Part shown: in pieces, positions 63,666 through 64,000 of the stretch | How positions within the stretch are numbered: the stretch's first letter is position 1 | Layout: each line of letters begins with the position of its first letter | Assembly: GCF_037042905.1 (NCBI RefSeq) | Contig: NC_087263.1 | Span: 14,882,001 to 14,946,000, forward strand | Direction of reading: 5' to 3' | From: Lytechinus pictus | Lineage: Eukaryota | Length of the DNA stretch: 64,000 bases | The notes under the pieces: model-generated | The model's input: only the letters and a program-made list of their open reading frames with translations | What the model was told of the DNA's origin: nothing | The model's database searches: none | Translations under genes and position numbers: made by a program

Positions 63666-64000
63666 TTAATGAATATTCTGCACAACATTATATACCTGTG
63701 TTAACTTCAATGAGCACTGGAAACCTTACAACAAAAGATAATCTTATGCCATATTCAATTTGTGAACTGTACACGGAGCACAACCTATAGTTAAAAAAAA
63801 AAAAAATTTTGCATCAATATGACAATCTCTCATTCGATGGCAATGCATTGATTTACCAGAACTTGATTCTTTAAATCCTTTCTTCAACTAAGAGAACAGT
63901 TTGTCTCAACTATATACAAAAAAGTCAATTTATCACATTTTCTTTTTGCTTAGTATCTGCCGATTGACTGGTTTAAACTTTTAAAGACAATAAAAAGGCA

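Overview
This is eukaryotic, AT-rich, repeat-rich genomic DNA. The SINE and MITE content suggests a marine invertebrate deuterostome, probably a sea urchin (inference). The window is dominated by one minus-strand gene of the neuron navigator family (NAV1/2/3, C. elegans unc-53, Drosophila sickie). Thirteen phase-compatible GT-AG coding exons between 21596 and 90 (2202 nt, 734 codons) encode the coiled-coil region and the C-terminal AAA+ ATPase domain. The terminal exon lies left of the window. No recognisable upstream constitutive exon was found in 21.6-64 kb, which therefore looks like part of a >42 kb intron. The most interesting signals concern splicing: (1) a candidate 21-nt in-frame microexon at the junction where vertebrate NAVs carry a short alternative insert; (2) several phase-matched candidate alternative first exons; (3) tandemly duplicated 3' splice sites that would give in-frame extensions; (4) a candidate recursive splice site. 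The introns also contain twin Helentron-type (HINE) elements carrying DR1 motifs, several MITEs and non-autonomous DNA transposons (three with 6-bp TSDs), tRNA-derived SINEs, minisatellites and long CAT/CAC microsatellites. No prokaryotic features, rRNA or CRISPR were seen.
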